Source of the DNA: Polyangiales bacterium
GTDB taxonomy: Bacteria > Myxococcota_A > Polyangia > Polyangiales > Polyangiaceae
Direction: 5' to 3'
NCBI GenBank assembly: GCA_038231275.1
Contig: JBBRLQ010000024.1
Coordinates: 32,001 to 96,000 of the forward strand
Length of the DNA: 64,000 nucleotides
The notes under the pieces were generated by a model. The model was not told the DNA's origin, made no database searches, and saw only the letters and a program-made list of their open reading frames with translations. Every line of letters begins with the position of its first letter. The first letter of the stretch is position 1. The translations under genes were made by a program, and so were the position numbers. Shown one piece after another: positions 40,721-49,707 of this stretch.

Positions 40721-41809
40721 TCAGCGCGTGACGCGGCTCGGCGAGCATTCGCGCTCGGCGCGCGCACCCGTCATGCCCATGCACCACGCGGTGACGTAGC
40801 GGCCGCGCATGCTCGTCTCGTTGAAGGCCGGCCCCCAGTAGCCGCCGGTGACGTACAAGAAGCCGGGGCTGCCCCAGAGGCCCGAGTACGCGACGAAGAG
40901 CTGGTCGTGAAGCGGCGACTCCTTCTCGCCGACGTTGACGAGTCGCGACGCGGGCTCGGCGCGTCCGTCGGGCCAGATCGCGCGCCCGCCGGTCCATGTT
41001 TCGTGGCGAACGCTGCTGCGCGATCCGCTGGCCCGCGTCGAGTGCCCACCCGGCTCGGACCACACGTGCGCGTGGCCTTCCTGCACGTCGAGCTCGCGCC
41101 ACGGGATCTCCTCGAGCGACGCGTGGCCGAGGAGTCGCACGAACGACGGGGCGAGGCGCGCGTCGAGGACCACGTGCATGCCCTCCCAGTCGCCGCCGTG
41201 CTGGCTCGATCCGTCGTTGTACGCGTAGAGGCGCCAGTACTGCACGGTGACGCCGCCCTCGTCGCTCGCGTAGACGTGCGCGTAGGTCGTCCAAGCGCGC
41301 GGGTCGCGGCTTCCACTGCGCGTGGCGAGGGGAACGTCCTCGAGGAAGAAGGTGCGCTGCTTGTTCGCGCTCCGCGACCCAGACGAGAGGACGACGTCGG
41401 ACGCGCCGCACCCGCCTCGGTGTGAGCGGCCGACGAGATCGCGCTGGGTAGGCGCGCTCTTCATGCGCACTTCGAGGTCCGGGGAGCAGTCGTCGTCGAA
41501 GAAGGCGAGCGCGCTCGAGGCGAGGAGGGAGTCGACGTCGACCGGGAAGTTCGGCTCGTCGTCGCGGTGGTGCACGATCGGCGCGAACCGCTCGGCGATG
41601 GCGTCTTCACACGCGTCGGCGAGGCCGTCGTGATCGTCGTCGCGCGCGTCCCCTCGCGCTTCGCAGGCCTGGGCACTCCCGGCGCGCGGCGCCACGGAGA
41701 GAGGGAGCGCCGTCGTGCACCCCGTAGCGCAGAGCGCGAAGGCGCACAGCGCCGAAAGTCGTCTGCCGGTCACGAGAAGAGGATGCGACGCCGCCCCACG
41801 CCACCGCAA
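40721..41809 (-). CDS. Vps62/NPP1-like lipoprotein
   Basis: ATGC lipobox; D.DHDGLAD Ca-loop; RFAPIV, QYWRLYAYN, HGGDWE; start uncertain. Confidence 0.55.
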   Translation of the reverse strand: MRWRGAASHPLLVTGRRLSALCAFALCATGCTTALPLSVAPRAGSAQACEARGDARDDDHDGLADACEDAIAERFAPIVHHRDDEPNFPVDVDSLLASSALAFFDDDCSPDLEVRMKSAPTQRDLVGRSHRGGCGASDVVLSSGSRSANKQRTFFLEDVPLATRSGSRDPRAWTTYAHVYASDEGGVTVQYWRLYAYNDGSSQHGGDWEGMHVVLDARLAPSFVRLLGHASLEEIPWRELDVQEGHAHVWSEPGGHSTRASGSRSSVRHETWTGGRAIWPDGRAEPASRLVNVGEKESPLHDQLFVAYSGLWGSPGFLYVTGGYWGPAFNETSMRGRYVTAWCMGMTGARAERECSPSRVTR

Positions 41810-41899
41810 TCGATCCTCGCACGCCGCGCCAAGATTGGTCGGCGCATGTGCGGCAGTCCGGGGTAGTCAAGCTGCCGCGGATGGCGGATGGTTTCGCCG

Positions 41900-43213
41900 T
41901 TAGAGGCAGGATTGCGCCACGTCGATGCAGGCGCTCTTGCAGCAGTACGTGGACCCGGTGCACGGGGCGTTGCAGCCGCCGCAGTTGGCGTTGTCGTTGG
42001 TCGTGTTGGTCTCGCAGCCGTTGCCGGCGCCGAGCAGGCCGATGTCGCCGTTGCAGTCGGCGAAGCCGAGCGCGCACGCGTAGGCGCACGAGCCGGAGTT
42101 GCAAGAGAGGCTGCTCTGGGCCGGCGCATTCGCCGCACAGTCGACGCAGCCCGCGCCGCACTGCGCCGTGCTGTTGTCGGGCACGCACGCGGCCGCGCAG
42201 TTGTGGCTCCCGCCGTTGCACGCGAAATTGCAGGCCCCCCCCACGCACGAAGCGGTGCTCCCGCTCGGCCCCTGGAGGGTGCAGTCGTTGGGGCAAGTGC
42301 CGCAGTGCTTCGTAGACGTCGCGAGCGCGACCTCGCAGCCGTCGCCGCTCGTGCCCTGGGGGAGGTCGTTGTCGCAGTCGGCGGTCCCGCCCAGGCAGGT
42401 GTACGTGCACGCGCCGAGATCGCAGGACGGCGTAACGTTCAAGCTGGCGCTCGGCGTGCAGTCCTTGCAGGCGACGCCGCAGGCGGTGACCGTCGAGTCG
42501 GGCACGCACACGCCGCCGCAGTCGTGGAACAGCGCCTTGCACCGGAAGCCGCACGTGCTGCCCGCGCACGTCGGGTCCGCGTTGGCCGGCGGCGAGCATG
42601 GCGTGGTGCAGCCACCGCAGTGGGCCGTGTCCGTGGTCGTGTCGATGCAGTCCCCGCCGGCGACGCACTGCAGCTGGCCGGCGGGGCACGTGCTCACGCA
42701 CCCGTAAATTCCGCCGGCGCCCTTGGAGCACACATAGTTGGCCGAGCACTTGATGCCGCACCCGCCGCAGTTGTCGGACTTCGAAATATCGGTCTCGCAT
42801 CCGTTGAAGGCGCCGGCGCAATCGCGGTAGCCGTCAGCGCACGTTGCCTTGCACGCGATCCCGCCATCGAGGCCGATGCAGTCGACCTTGGTCGCGTGCT
42901 GGTTGGGGCAGATGTCGCACGATGGGCCGCCGCACCCGAAGTTGGGGTTGATGATCGAGATGCACGCGCCTGCGCAGTTCTTCTGACCAGGAGGGCAGCC
43001 GACGGCGGCGTCGAACGCCCCGGAGGCGTCGGGCAGCGCTTGGTCGACTGGCGCGTCGCTCAGGAAGAAGCCGTCGCTCGCCGCGTCGGAGGTGGTGGCG
43101 TCCATCCCGTCGTCCACCAGCGAGCCAGATCGATTCCCCAGGATCGCGTTGCACCCGACGACCATCGCGAAAATGGCCGCGGCCGCCAGGAGGAGCGCGC
43201 GAGCGGCGCTCAC
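41900..43213 (-). CDS. Cys-rich repeat lipoprotein (Stig1-like / GCE repeats)
   Basis: VVGC-NAILG lipobox; repeated DC..GCE..NCGGC units; GTG overlaps the upstream TGA. Confidence 0.8.
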   Translation of the reverse strand: MSAARALLLAAAAIFAMVVGCNAILGNRSGSLVDDGMDATTSDAASDGFFLSDAPVDQALPDASGAFDAAVGCPPGQKNCAGACISIINPNFGCGGPSCDICPNQHATKVDCIGLDGGIACKATCADGYRDCAGAFNGCETDISKSDNCGGCGIKCSANYVCSKGAGGIYGCVSTCPAGQLQCVAGGDCIDTTTDTAHCGGCTTPCSPPANADPTCAGSTCGFRCKALFHDCGGVCVPDSTVTACGVACKDCTPSASLNVTPSCDLGACTYTCLGGTADCDNDLPQGTSGDGCEVALATSTKHCGTCPNDCTLQGPSGSTASCVGGACNFACNGGSHNCAAACVPDNSTAQCGAGCVDCAANAPAQSSLSCNSGSCAYACALGFADCNGDIGLLGAGNGCETNTTNDNANCGGCNAPCTGSTYCCKSACIDVAQSCL

Positions 43214-44193
43214 CAGAACGTCCCTCCGATGCCGCTCGCCGTCGGCGCGATGCAAAGGGCCGTCCTCGGCGCCGCCGGGCGCGCCTTCGGCGCGAAGAGG
43301 ACGAGCAGCACGCCGCCCACGACCGCGGCGCCGCCTACCACGAACGACACCGTCGAGACGTTGCCCGCCGTGAGCGCGGCGTCGCGATCGCTCACCCCCT
43401 TCGCGTTGCAGAGGTCGCCCGTGCAATTCTTGTCAGCGTCGCTCTTCTTGGACATCGACTGCAGGCCAGCGATCGAGCCCACGGCGAGCGCCGCGACCCC
43501 AACACCCATCGTCACGAAGCCGGCGCTGCGCTGCGTGGCGCTTGGCCGCGGCTCCGGCGGCTTGACGTCTGGGGGCGGCGGCGCGTCGACCGCGAGCGCG
43601 GGGACGTCCAACCTGGCGCTCGCGCTCGGCGCGACCTTGACGACGGACGACCACGCCTTTCGACCGGGCGCTGTGGCGGTGACGAGGTGCTGCCCCGGAT
43701 CGATCGGCAGGACGAGCCCCCACTGGGCCTCTCCCACTTCGAGCTCGTCGCGCGTGATCTTGAGCCTCGTGGTCTTCGCGTCCGCGGATTGGACGACGAG
43801 CGTGAGGTGCGCCAGCTTCGGAAAGAGCGCCGCCGCCCGCGCGCGCGCGTCCGCCTCGCGCCCTGCCTGCGCTTGCGCCTTCGCTTGTGCGGCCACGTCG
43901 AGGAACGACGCCCACGCGCTCGCGGTTCGGCCCATGTTCTCGTAGCAGTCGGCCAGGTTGTAGAGCGTGCCCATCCCCGGGTCGAGGCGCTGGCTCTCTT
44001 CGAGCTGGGGACACGCCGCGGCGAAGTCCCCGCGCGCCATGCGCCCGCGCGCCTCCTTGAAGAGCGCCTCCGCCGTCGCCTCGTCCGTCGCTGCGCGCGC
44101 AGGTGCGCTCGCCGCCAGGATCGCGAAGCTCAAGACGGAGCCGAGGGCGAGGAGCCGCGCGGTCCTCGCGCGACCGCGTCTACTTGCGCTCAT
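43210..44193 (-). CDS. TPR-PEGA domain envelope protein
   Basis: Signal peptide; AEALFKEAR..ACPQLEESQRLDP..TLYNLADC TPR; LPIDPGQHLVTATAPG PEGA; ends GIGGTFW. Confidence 0.8.
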   Translation of the reverse strand: MSASRRGRARTARLLALGSVLSFAILAASAPARAATDEATAEALFKEARGRMARGDFAAACPQLEESQRLDPGMGTLYNLADCYENMGRTASAWASFLDVAAQAKAQAQAGREADARARAAALFPKLAHLTLVVQSADAKTTRLKITRDELEVGEAQWGLVLPIDPGQHLVTATAPGRKAWSSVVKVAPSASARLDVPALAVDAPPPPDVKPPEPRPSATQRSAGFVTMGVGVAALAVGSIAGLQSMSKKSDADKNCTGDLCNAKGVSDRDAALTAGNVSTVSFVVGGAAVVGGVLLVLFAPKARPAAPRTALCIAPTASGIGGTFW

Positions 44194-45649
44194 CCCAGGT
44201 CACCGGCTTGGTGGCGGCCGGCGGCTCCGGCGACGACGCCGCGGGGACCGTCGGAGGCGGCCCTGGCGGCGCCAACGCCGCGACGGCCTTGGTCCGCGGC
44301 ACCGTCGGTGTGCGGGGGGGCGTAGGAGGAGCGGGCGCCGTCGTGGGGCCGGGCGGCATCGCCGCTGTCGTATCCGGTGGCGGGACCGCCTCCGGCGCGG
44401 GCGCAGCGGCGACCGGCGCGGCGTGCGCTTCGGTGCTCTCCGGCGGCGGTGCCGGCGCCTGCACGGCCGCCGACGTAGCGTGCGTGGTGCGCGACGACGC
44501 CTTGCGCGCCGCGACGAGGCCGCCGCTCACGAGGAGCGCGACGCCGACCGCCCAGCCGACCCCCAAGAGGAAGCTTCGGCGCTTGGACCCCATCGCCGTC
44601 GCCGGCATCGTCGGCATCGCCTGCGTCGGGTTTTCGTCGCCGCGGTTCGTCGTCGCGAGCGCGGCGAGGCTCGGGGAGGCCATGCGCGGCGCCGGCGAGT
44701 TCCCCGACAAGCGCCTCATCGCGCGGGCGGTTCGGCTCGCCGCCTCGGCCCCGATGTCCGTCCCGAATGGCGCGAGCGCCTCGGCCAGCCCGGCGACGTC
44801 CTGGAAGCGATCGTCGGGTCGCTTCTCCAGGCACTTGATCACGGCCTTGTCGATCGCGAGCGGGATCTGGCCGCGCCGCCGCGACGGCGGGAGCGGTGTA
44901 TCCTCGAGGATCGAAGAGCAGACCTGCGACATGGTCTCGCCCCCGAACGGCGGCTGGCCGGTGAGGAGCTCGTACAGGATGACGCCCAGCGCCCAAATGT
45001 CGGAGCGCGCGTCGGCGTCGCGCGTCGCGCGCATTTGCTCGGGTGACATGTAGATGGGCGAGCCCAGCACAGCGTGCGCCGAGGTCAGGCTGAGCGTGGC
45101 GCCCGACACCGTCGCATCCTTCGAGATGCCGAAGTCGAGAACCTTGAGGATTGGCACGCCCGACGTCGACGCCGCCAGGAAGAGGTTCGCGGGCTTCAGA
45201 TCGCGGTGGATGATGCCGAGCGCGTGCGCTTCGGCCAGGCCTTCGGCGGCTTGCAAAACGTAGTCGACGACGTCGGCGATCGGAAACGCGCCTTGCCGCT
45301 GCAGCGTGTGCTCGAGGTCCTCCCCTTCGAGCAGCTCCATGACGATATACGGCACCTCGTTCTCGAGGACGCTCGCGTCGTAGACGCGCACGACGTGCTC
45401 GTTACGGATCCTCAACGCCGCACGCGCTTCGCGGAGAAATCGCGCCATCACGTCGACGCCCACGCCCTCGCCGAGCGCGTCGGGGCGGAGGAACTTGATG
45501 GCGACGCGCTCCTCGAGCTGGATGTGCAGCGCCTCGACCACGACGCCCATGCCGCCTTCGGCGATCCGCCGGACGACGCGGTACTTTCCGGCGACGATGT
45601 CCCCCGTCTCGGGGAGCCCGGGTTGAGGCTTCTTCATAGAAGACGTCAT
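44180..45649 (-). CDS. Membrane Ser/Thr protein kinase with Pro-rich extracytoplasmic tail
   Basis: GGMG, VAIK, HRDLKPAN, DFG, YMSPEQ; TM segment; tail ends WDERK. Confidence 0.93.
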   Translation of the reverse strand: MTSSMKKPQPGLPETGDIVAGKYRVVRRIAEGGMGVVVEALHIQLEERVAIKFLRPDALGEGVGVDVMARFLREARAALRIRNEHVVRVYDASVLENEVPYIVMELLEGEDLEHTLQRQGAFPIADVVDYVLQAAEGLAEAHALGIIHRDLKPANLFLAASTSGVPILKVLDFGISKDATVSGATLSLTSAHAVLGSPIYMSPEQMRATRDADARSDIWALGVILYELLTGQPPFGGETMSQVCSSILEDTPLPPSRRRGQIPLAIDKAVIKCLEKRPDDRFQDVAGLAEALAPFGTDIGAEAASRTARAMRRLSGNSPAPRMASPSLAALATTNRGDENPTQAMPTMPATAMGSKRRSFLLGVGWAVGVALLVSGGLVAARKASSRTTHATSAAVQAPAPPPESTEAHAAPVAAAPAPEAVPPPDTTAAMPPGPTTAPAPPTPPRTPTVPRTKAVAALAPPGPPPTVPAASSPEPPAATKPVTWDERK

Positions 45650-45891
45650 GCGCTCACCCCCCGTCGCTTGCGTACGACCGACATCACAGCCATCCACAGT
45701 ACCACGCGGCCGCCGGGCGGGAGCGAGGCGCCGTCCTGCGGGTGAAGGAGGGCGATATGCGCAAACCCGCCACACGTGTCGTCCCCGGGTCCGCCGCGTG
45801 CGGCTTTTCAACCTCGACGTCGCGCGGTCGTCCCGCGCGGCGCGTGCTCACTGGAAATTGCCGCTGAGCTCCCGGTGGGCCGCGGTGCACA

Positions 45892-47301
45892 TTAGGAGAC
45901 CGGCGGAGGCGGCATCGTCTTCACCCGCTTGGCAGGCATCTCGATCGACACCTCCGTGCCCCGGCCGACGTCGCTCTTGATTCGGATCTGCCCGCCAAGC
46001 GCGTTCACGAGGCCGTAGACGGCGCTGAGGCCGAGGCCGCTCTTCGCCGCGTCGGGGCGACCTTGGTAGAACGGGTCGAAGACCTTCGCGAGCTGCTCGG
46101 GCGGAATCCCGCGGCCTTGATCGGCGACGGTCAGCACCACCCGGTCGCCCTCGCGCCGCACACCGGCGGTGATCGTGCCGCCGCCCGGCATCGCCTCGAC
46201 CGCGTTTCGCGCGACCTGAAAGAGCGCCTCGGCGAGCGCGCCGACGTGGACCTCGATCGCGCCGACCTCCGGATCGTAGAAGCGGTCGATGATGACGCCG
46301 CTGCGCGCGCGGCCGATCGCGCTCTCCAACGCGAAGTCGAGCATCGCGCCGACGTCGGCAGGCTCGAGCGTGCCCTCGGCGCTCATCGCGAAGCGCTTCA
46401 GGCGATCGACGCTGCGGCGAATGCGCGCGAGGCCCCCTTCCGCGCGCTTCAACGCGCCCTCGGCTTGCGCGGGATCGGGCGGCGCCTTCCCCAGCGCCTT
46501 CTTCGCCTGATCGGTGGAGGCCACCGAGACGGTGAGCGCGTTGTTCATCTCGTGCGCCATTCCTCCGACGAGGACGCGAAGCGCCTCGAGCTTCTCGACG
46601 ACGACGAGCTGCTCTTGCACGCGCCGCATCTGCGCGACCTTTGCGCTGAGGCGCTCGACGCGGAGGAACGTGAGGAGGGCGGCGCGATGCCGGCGGCGCT
46701 CGATGATCCACCCGGCCGCCCACACCGACAACACGAACACGTGCAGGCTCGGCTGCGCGCTGGGTGCGCCGAGGACGAAGCCGACGTACACAGCCGCCCC
46801 GAGCCCGACGCCGAGGCGCGGCGGAAGCGGGAGGAGCGCGAACATTCCCGCGATCGCGAGCGGCGCGGCGAGGACGTATTCGCTCGCGCCGCCGCCGGTC
46901 GCGTGCGTGACGCTGCTCCATCCGATCGCGAGGACGAGCCCCGCAACCGCCGCGAGCCACCGGAGCGCGACGAGGTTGCGCTTGGCGATCGGCACACCGA
47001 GCGCGACGCCGCCGAGGAGGATGGTGACGAACGCTTGCCCGAGCGTCGCGCCGCGCGTGACCGACGGCACGCGGAAGAACAGGTCGACGATCGCGGTGAT
47101 GCCGGTGACCGTCGCGTAGACCGCCACGGTCGGGAGGAGGCGGCGCGCGAGGCGTGCGCGTTGATCGTTCAAGAAGCGGCGACGCGGCCGCCCCTTCCGC
47201 CCGAGCTGCTCGCCCATCTTGTCCGCGCGATCACGGAGCACGCTCGCCGCCGGCAGCGTGAAGCGCGGCCGCGTCGGGTGCTGCTCGGCGCCGCTCGGCA
47301 T
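45892..47301 (-). CDS. Membrane sensor histidine kinase
   Basis: Several TM helices; H-box AHEMNN, N-box NAVEA, DQGRGI, FDPF, GLGL. Confidence 0.9.
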   Translation of the reverse strand: MPSGAEQHPTRPRFTLPAASVLRDRADKMGEQLGRKGRPRRRFLNDQRARLARRLLPTVAVYATVTGITAIVDLFFRVPSVTRGATLGQAFVTILLGGVALGVPIAKRNLVALRWLAAVAGLVLAIGWSSVTHATGGGASEYVLAAPLAIAGMFALLPLPPRLGVGLGAAVYVGFVLGAPSAQPSLHVFVLSVWAAGWIIERRRHRAALLTFLRVERLSAKVAQMRRVQEQLVVVEKLEALRVLVGGMAHEMNNALTVSVASTDQAKKALGKAPPDPAQAEGALKRAEGGLARIRRSVDRLKRFAMSAEGTLEPADVGAMLDFALESAIGRARSGVIIDRFYDPEVGAIEVHVGALAEALFQVARNAVEAMPGGGTITAGVRREGDRVVLTVADQGRGIPPEQLAKVFDPFYQGRPDAAKSGLGLSAVYGLVNALGGQIRIKSDVGRGTEVSIEMPAKRVKTMPPPPVS

Positions 47302-47346
47302 GCGGAGATCTTACACGCTCTGTCGCGCGGAGGTCGCTTGCTTGCG

Positions 47347-48297
47347 CTAGAAAACGCCGCGAATCCCCGCGTATCCCGGCCCGACCACGCCGCTGACCGC
47401 GGCCGGGCGCGAGGGATCTGGAGAGAGGAGGAGGTACGCCCCCACCGACGCGCTCACGATGCCCGTGAGGAACGCGACGTCGGCGATGGTGCGGAGGAAA
47501 ATTCCATCGGAGCGCGTCTTCGGATCCTGCGCGCCGGGAGGAGCGCTGTTGTAGTCGTGCGAGAGCGCCTGCGCGCGGAGGCCGGCGAGAAGTCCCACGA
47601 GACCTCCCGCGCCGCCCGCGCCGACGAGCACCCAGCCGATGACGTGGCGCTGGCTCATTCCCTCGGGCTCTTTGCCCGAACCACCGGGACCACCGGGGAC
47701 GTCGACGCGACCGGGGTCGCGCGCGTCGAGCGCGATGTCGACGATCGCGGGCTTGCTCGCCGTCACCGTGATCGCCTGACGCTTGGGTGCATAGCCATCG
47801 GCGTGCACGTCGAGGAGGTGCTCGCCGAGGACCGAGCGCACCTCGACGAAATCGCCGGGGACGAGGGCGAGCGGCTGCGAGTCGAGCGTGGCGCGCGCGC
47901 CGCTCGGGGCGATGCGAACGCGAAGCGTGCCGAGGCCGGCGCGCACATGAGACAGCGCGGAGCGCGCGCTGGCGATCTCTTCGGAGGAGGCGCCGCCGTC
48001 GTCGGAGAGGAACTTGACGAGTTCTTGCTCCGCGACCGGAAGCTCGCCGGTCTTCCAGCGCGCGATGCCGAGGTTCAGGAGGATGCTGGGGTGCGCGTAG
48101 AGTCGGTACGCTTCTACGAACGCGTCGCGAGCATGCGCGTAGTCGCCGCCTTGCGCGAGGACGACGCCGCGCCGGAACGCCGCCCGTGAATCTTCGCGCG
48201 CGTCGGCGTGCGCGCCACGTCCCGCGAGGGCGAGGACGAACGCGAGCGCGAGGCCGAAGAGCCACGCGCGGGGGCGCCGCACGGCCAAGAGAGCCAT
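47347..48297 (-). CDS. TPR-PEGA domain envelope protein (second copy)
   Basis: Signal peptide; AFRRGV..AFVEAYRL..ILLNLG TPR; PSGARATLD..GEHLLDVHADGY PEGA; ends GIRGVF. Confidence 0.8.
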   Translation of the reverse strand: MALLAVRRPRAWLFGLALAFVLALAGRGAHADAREDSRAAFRRGVVLAQGGDYAHARDAFVEAYRLYAHPSILLNLGIARWKTGELPVAEQELVKFLSDDGGASSEEIASARSALSHVRAGLGTLRVRIAPSGARATLDSQPLALVPGDFVEVRSVLGEHLLDVHADGYAPKRQAITVTASKPAIVDIALDARDPGRVDVPGGPGGSGKEPEGMSQRHVIGWVLVGAGGAGGLVGLLAGLRAQALSHDYNSAPPGAQDPKTRSDGIFLRTIADVAFLTGIVSASVGAYLLLSPDPSRPAAVSGVVGPGYAGIRGVF

Positions 48298-48304
48298 TCG
48301 GGTA

Positions 48305-49678
48305 TCAATACCGCGGCTTGTCCTGGATGTGGGGGCCCGTCGTGACTTTCTTCGTCGGCACCGGCGACGGCCGCAGACGGTACGCGCGCGACGGCCTCGA
48401 CGGTTGCGTGCCTTGTCCTCCGGCCGTCGCGTTTCCCGATCCTGGCGCGGGCGTCGCGTTCGCTTGGGGATCGTCCGCCGCAGGAAGCGGCGTCGGATCG
48501 GCGGGATCTGCCGGGCCCGCGCCGGGCTGCGGATCGCCCGGCGGAGACGCGGTCGCGGCGAGCGCAGTCGCGCCAACCTCCGGCGCAGCCAGGGGAGGAG
48601 GCTGCGCCGCGCGGCTCGAGTGAGGCCGTCCGACCAGCACGAAGACGAGGAGCGCGCTCGCGCCGAAGAGCGCGGCGCCGGCCAACGCAAGCCCGAGCTT
48701 CGACGATCGCGCCGTCCCGCTCGACGACAGCGGCCCCGCGGTCATCACGGTCTGCGTCTGCATGATGCTGGACGATCCGCTGTGGATCGGCACGACGCGC
48801 GGCATTACCGACGCCGGTCCGAGCGCGCGCCACGCCTTGAGCAGCTCCTGCGCGGACGCGAACCTGTCGACCGGCTTTCGCGCGAGCGCACGGCCTACCA
48901 GCGCGTCGAGCCCCGGCGGCACCGGCACCTGCGCGAGATCCCGCAGCGACCGCGCCGAGCGCTCCAGCTTGCTCGCGATCATCGCCATCTGCCCCGACGC
49001 GTCGTGCGCCAACCGCCCGGAGAGCGCTTCGAACACCACCATCGCGAACGAGTACACGTCCGCGCGCTCGTCGACCTTCGACGCGCCGCGGATCTGCTCC
49101 GGCGCCATGTACGCGATCGTCCCGAGCGCCTCGCCCGTCGTCGTCAGGTGCTCGACGTCTTGCGAGTCGAGCTTGCACACGCCGAAGTCGAGCACCTTCG
49201 CGCGCCCCGCCGACGGCGCGAACGCTCCATCCTCCACCGTCTCGAGGAAGATGTTGCCGGGCTTCAGATCGCGATGCACGACGCCGGCCGCGTGCGCGTC
49301 GATGAGGCCGAGGAGCACGTGCTCGCCGATCCACCGAACCTCGTCCCACGCGAGATGACCGCCGACGCGCCGCAGGCGTTCACCGAGCGTCTCGCCGTGG
49401 AGGAGCTCCATGACGAGGAAGAGCTCCCCCTGCTCGTCGCGCCCGACCTCGATGAGGCGCGGAACGTACGGGCTGTGTACGCGCGCCGCCGCCTGCGCTT
49501 CACGGTAAAGGCGCTGGACGAGGAGATCGCCGAGCACGCTGCGTGTGACGACCTTGATCGCGACGCGATCGCCGGTCTCAAGGTTGGACGCAGCGAAGAC
49601 CTCGCCCATCCCCCCTCTGCCGATGGAGGCTTCGAGGCCATAACGGCCGCACAAAACGCTCCCGACGCCGATCGACAC
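48305..49678 (-). CDS. Membrane Ser/Thr protein kinase with Pro-rich tail (second copy)
   Basis: GRGGMG, VAIK, HRDLKPGN, DFG, YMAPEQ; TM segment; tail ends IQDKPRY. Confidence 0.93.
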   Translation of the reverse strand: MSIGVGSVLCGRYGLEASIGRGGMGEVFAASNLETGDRVAIKVVTRSVLGDLLVQRLYREAQAAARVHSPYVPRLIEVGRDEQGELFLVMELLHGETLGERLRRVGGHLAWDEVRWIGEHVLLGLIDAHAAGVVHRDLKPGNIFLETVEDGAFAPSAGRAKVLDFGVCKLDSQDVEHLTTTGEALGTIAYMAPEQIRGASKVDERADVYSFAMVVFEALSGRLAHDASGQMAMIASKLERSARSLRDLAQVPVPPGLDALVGRALARKPVDRFASAQELLKAWRALGPASVMPRVVPIHSGSSSIMQTQTVMTAGPLSSSGTARSSKLGLALAGAALFGASALLVFVLVGRPHSSRAAQPPPLAAPEVGATALAATASPPGDPQPGAGPADPADPTPLPAADDPQANATPAPGSGNATAGGQGTQPSRPSRAYRLRPSPVPTKKVTTGPHIQDKPRY

Positions 49679-49707
49679 GACGCTTAGAAACTACCACGAA
49701 ACATGGG

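Noticed and set aside
41900..43213. Multiheme cytochrome or tryptophan synthase alpha annotation for the Cys-rich protein
   Set aside because: CxxC pairs are not followed by His, and there is no TIM-barrel sequence. These are disulfide-type repeats.
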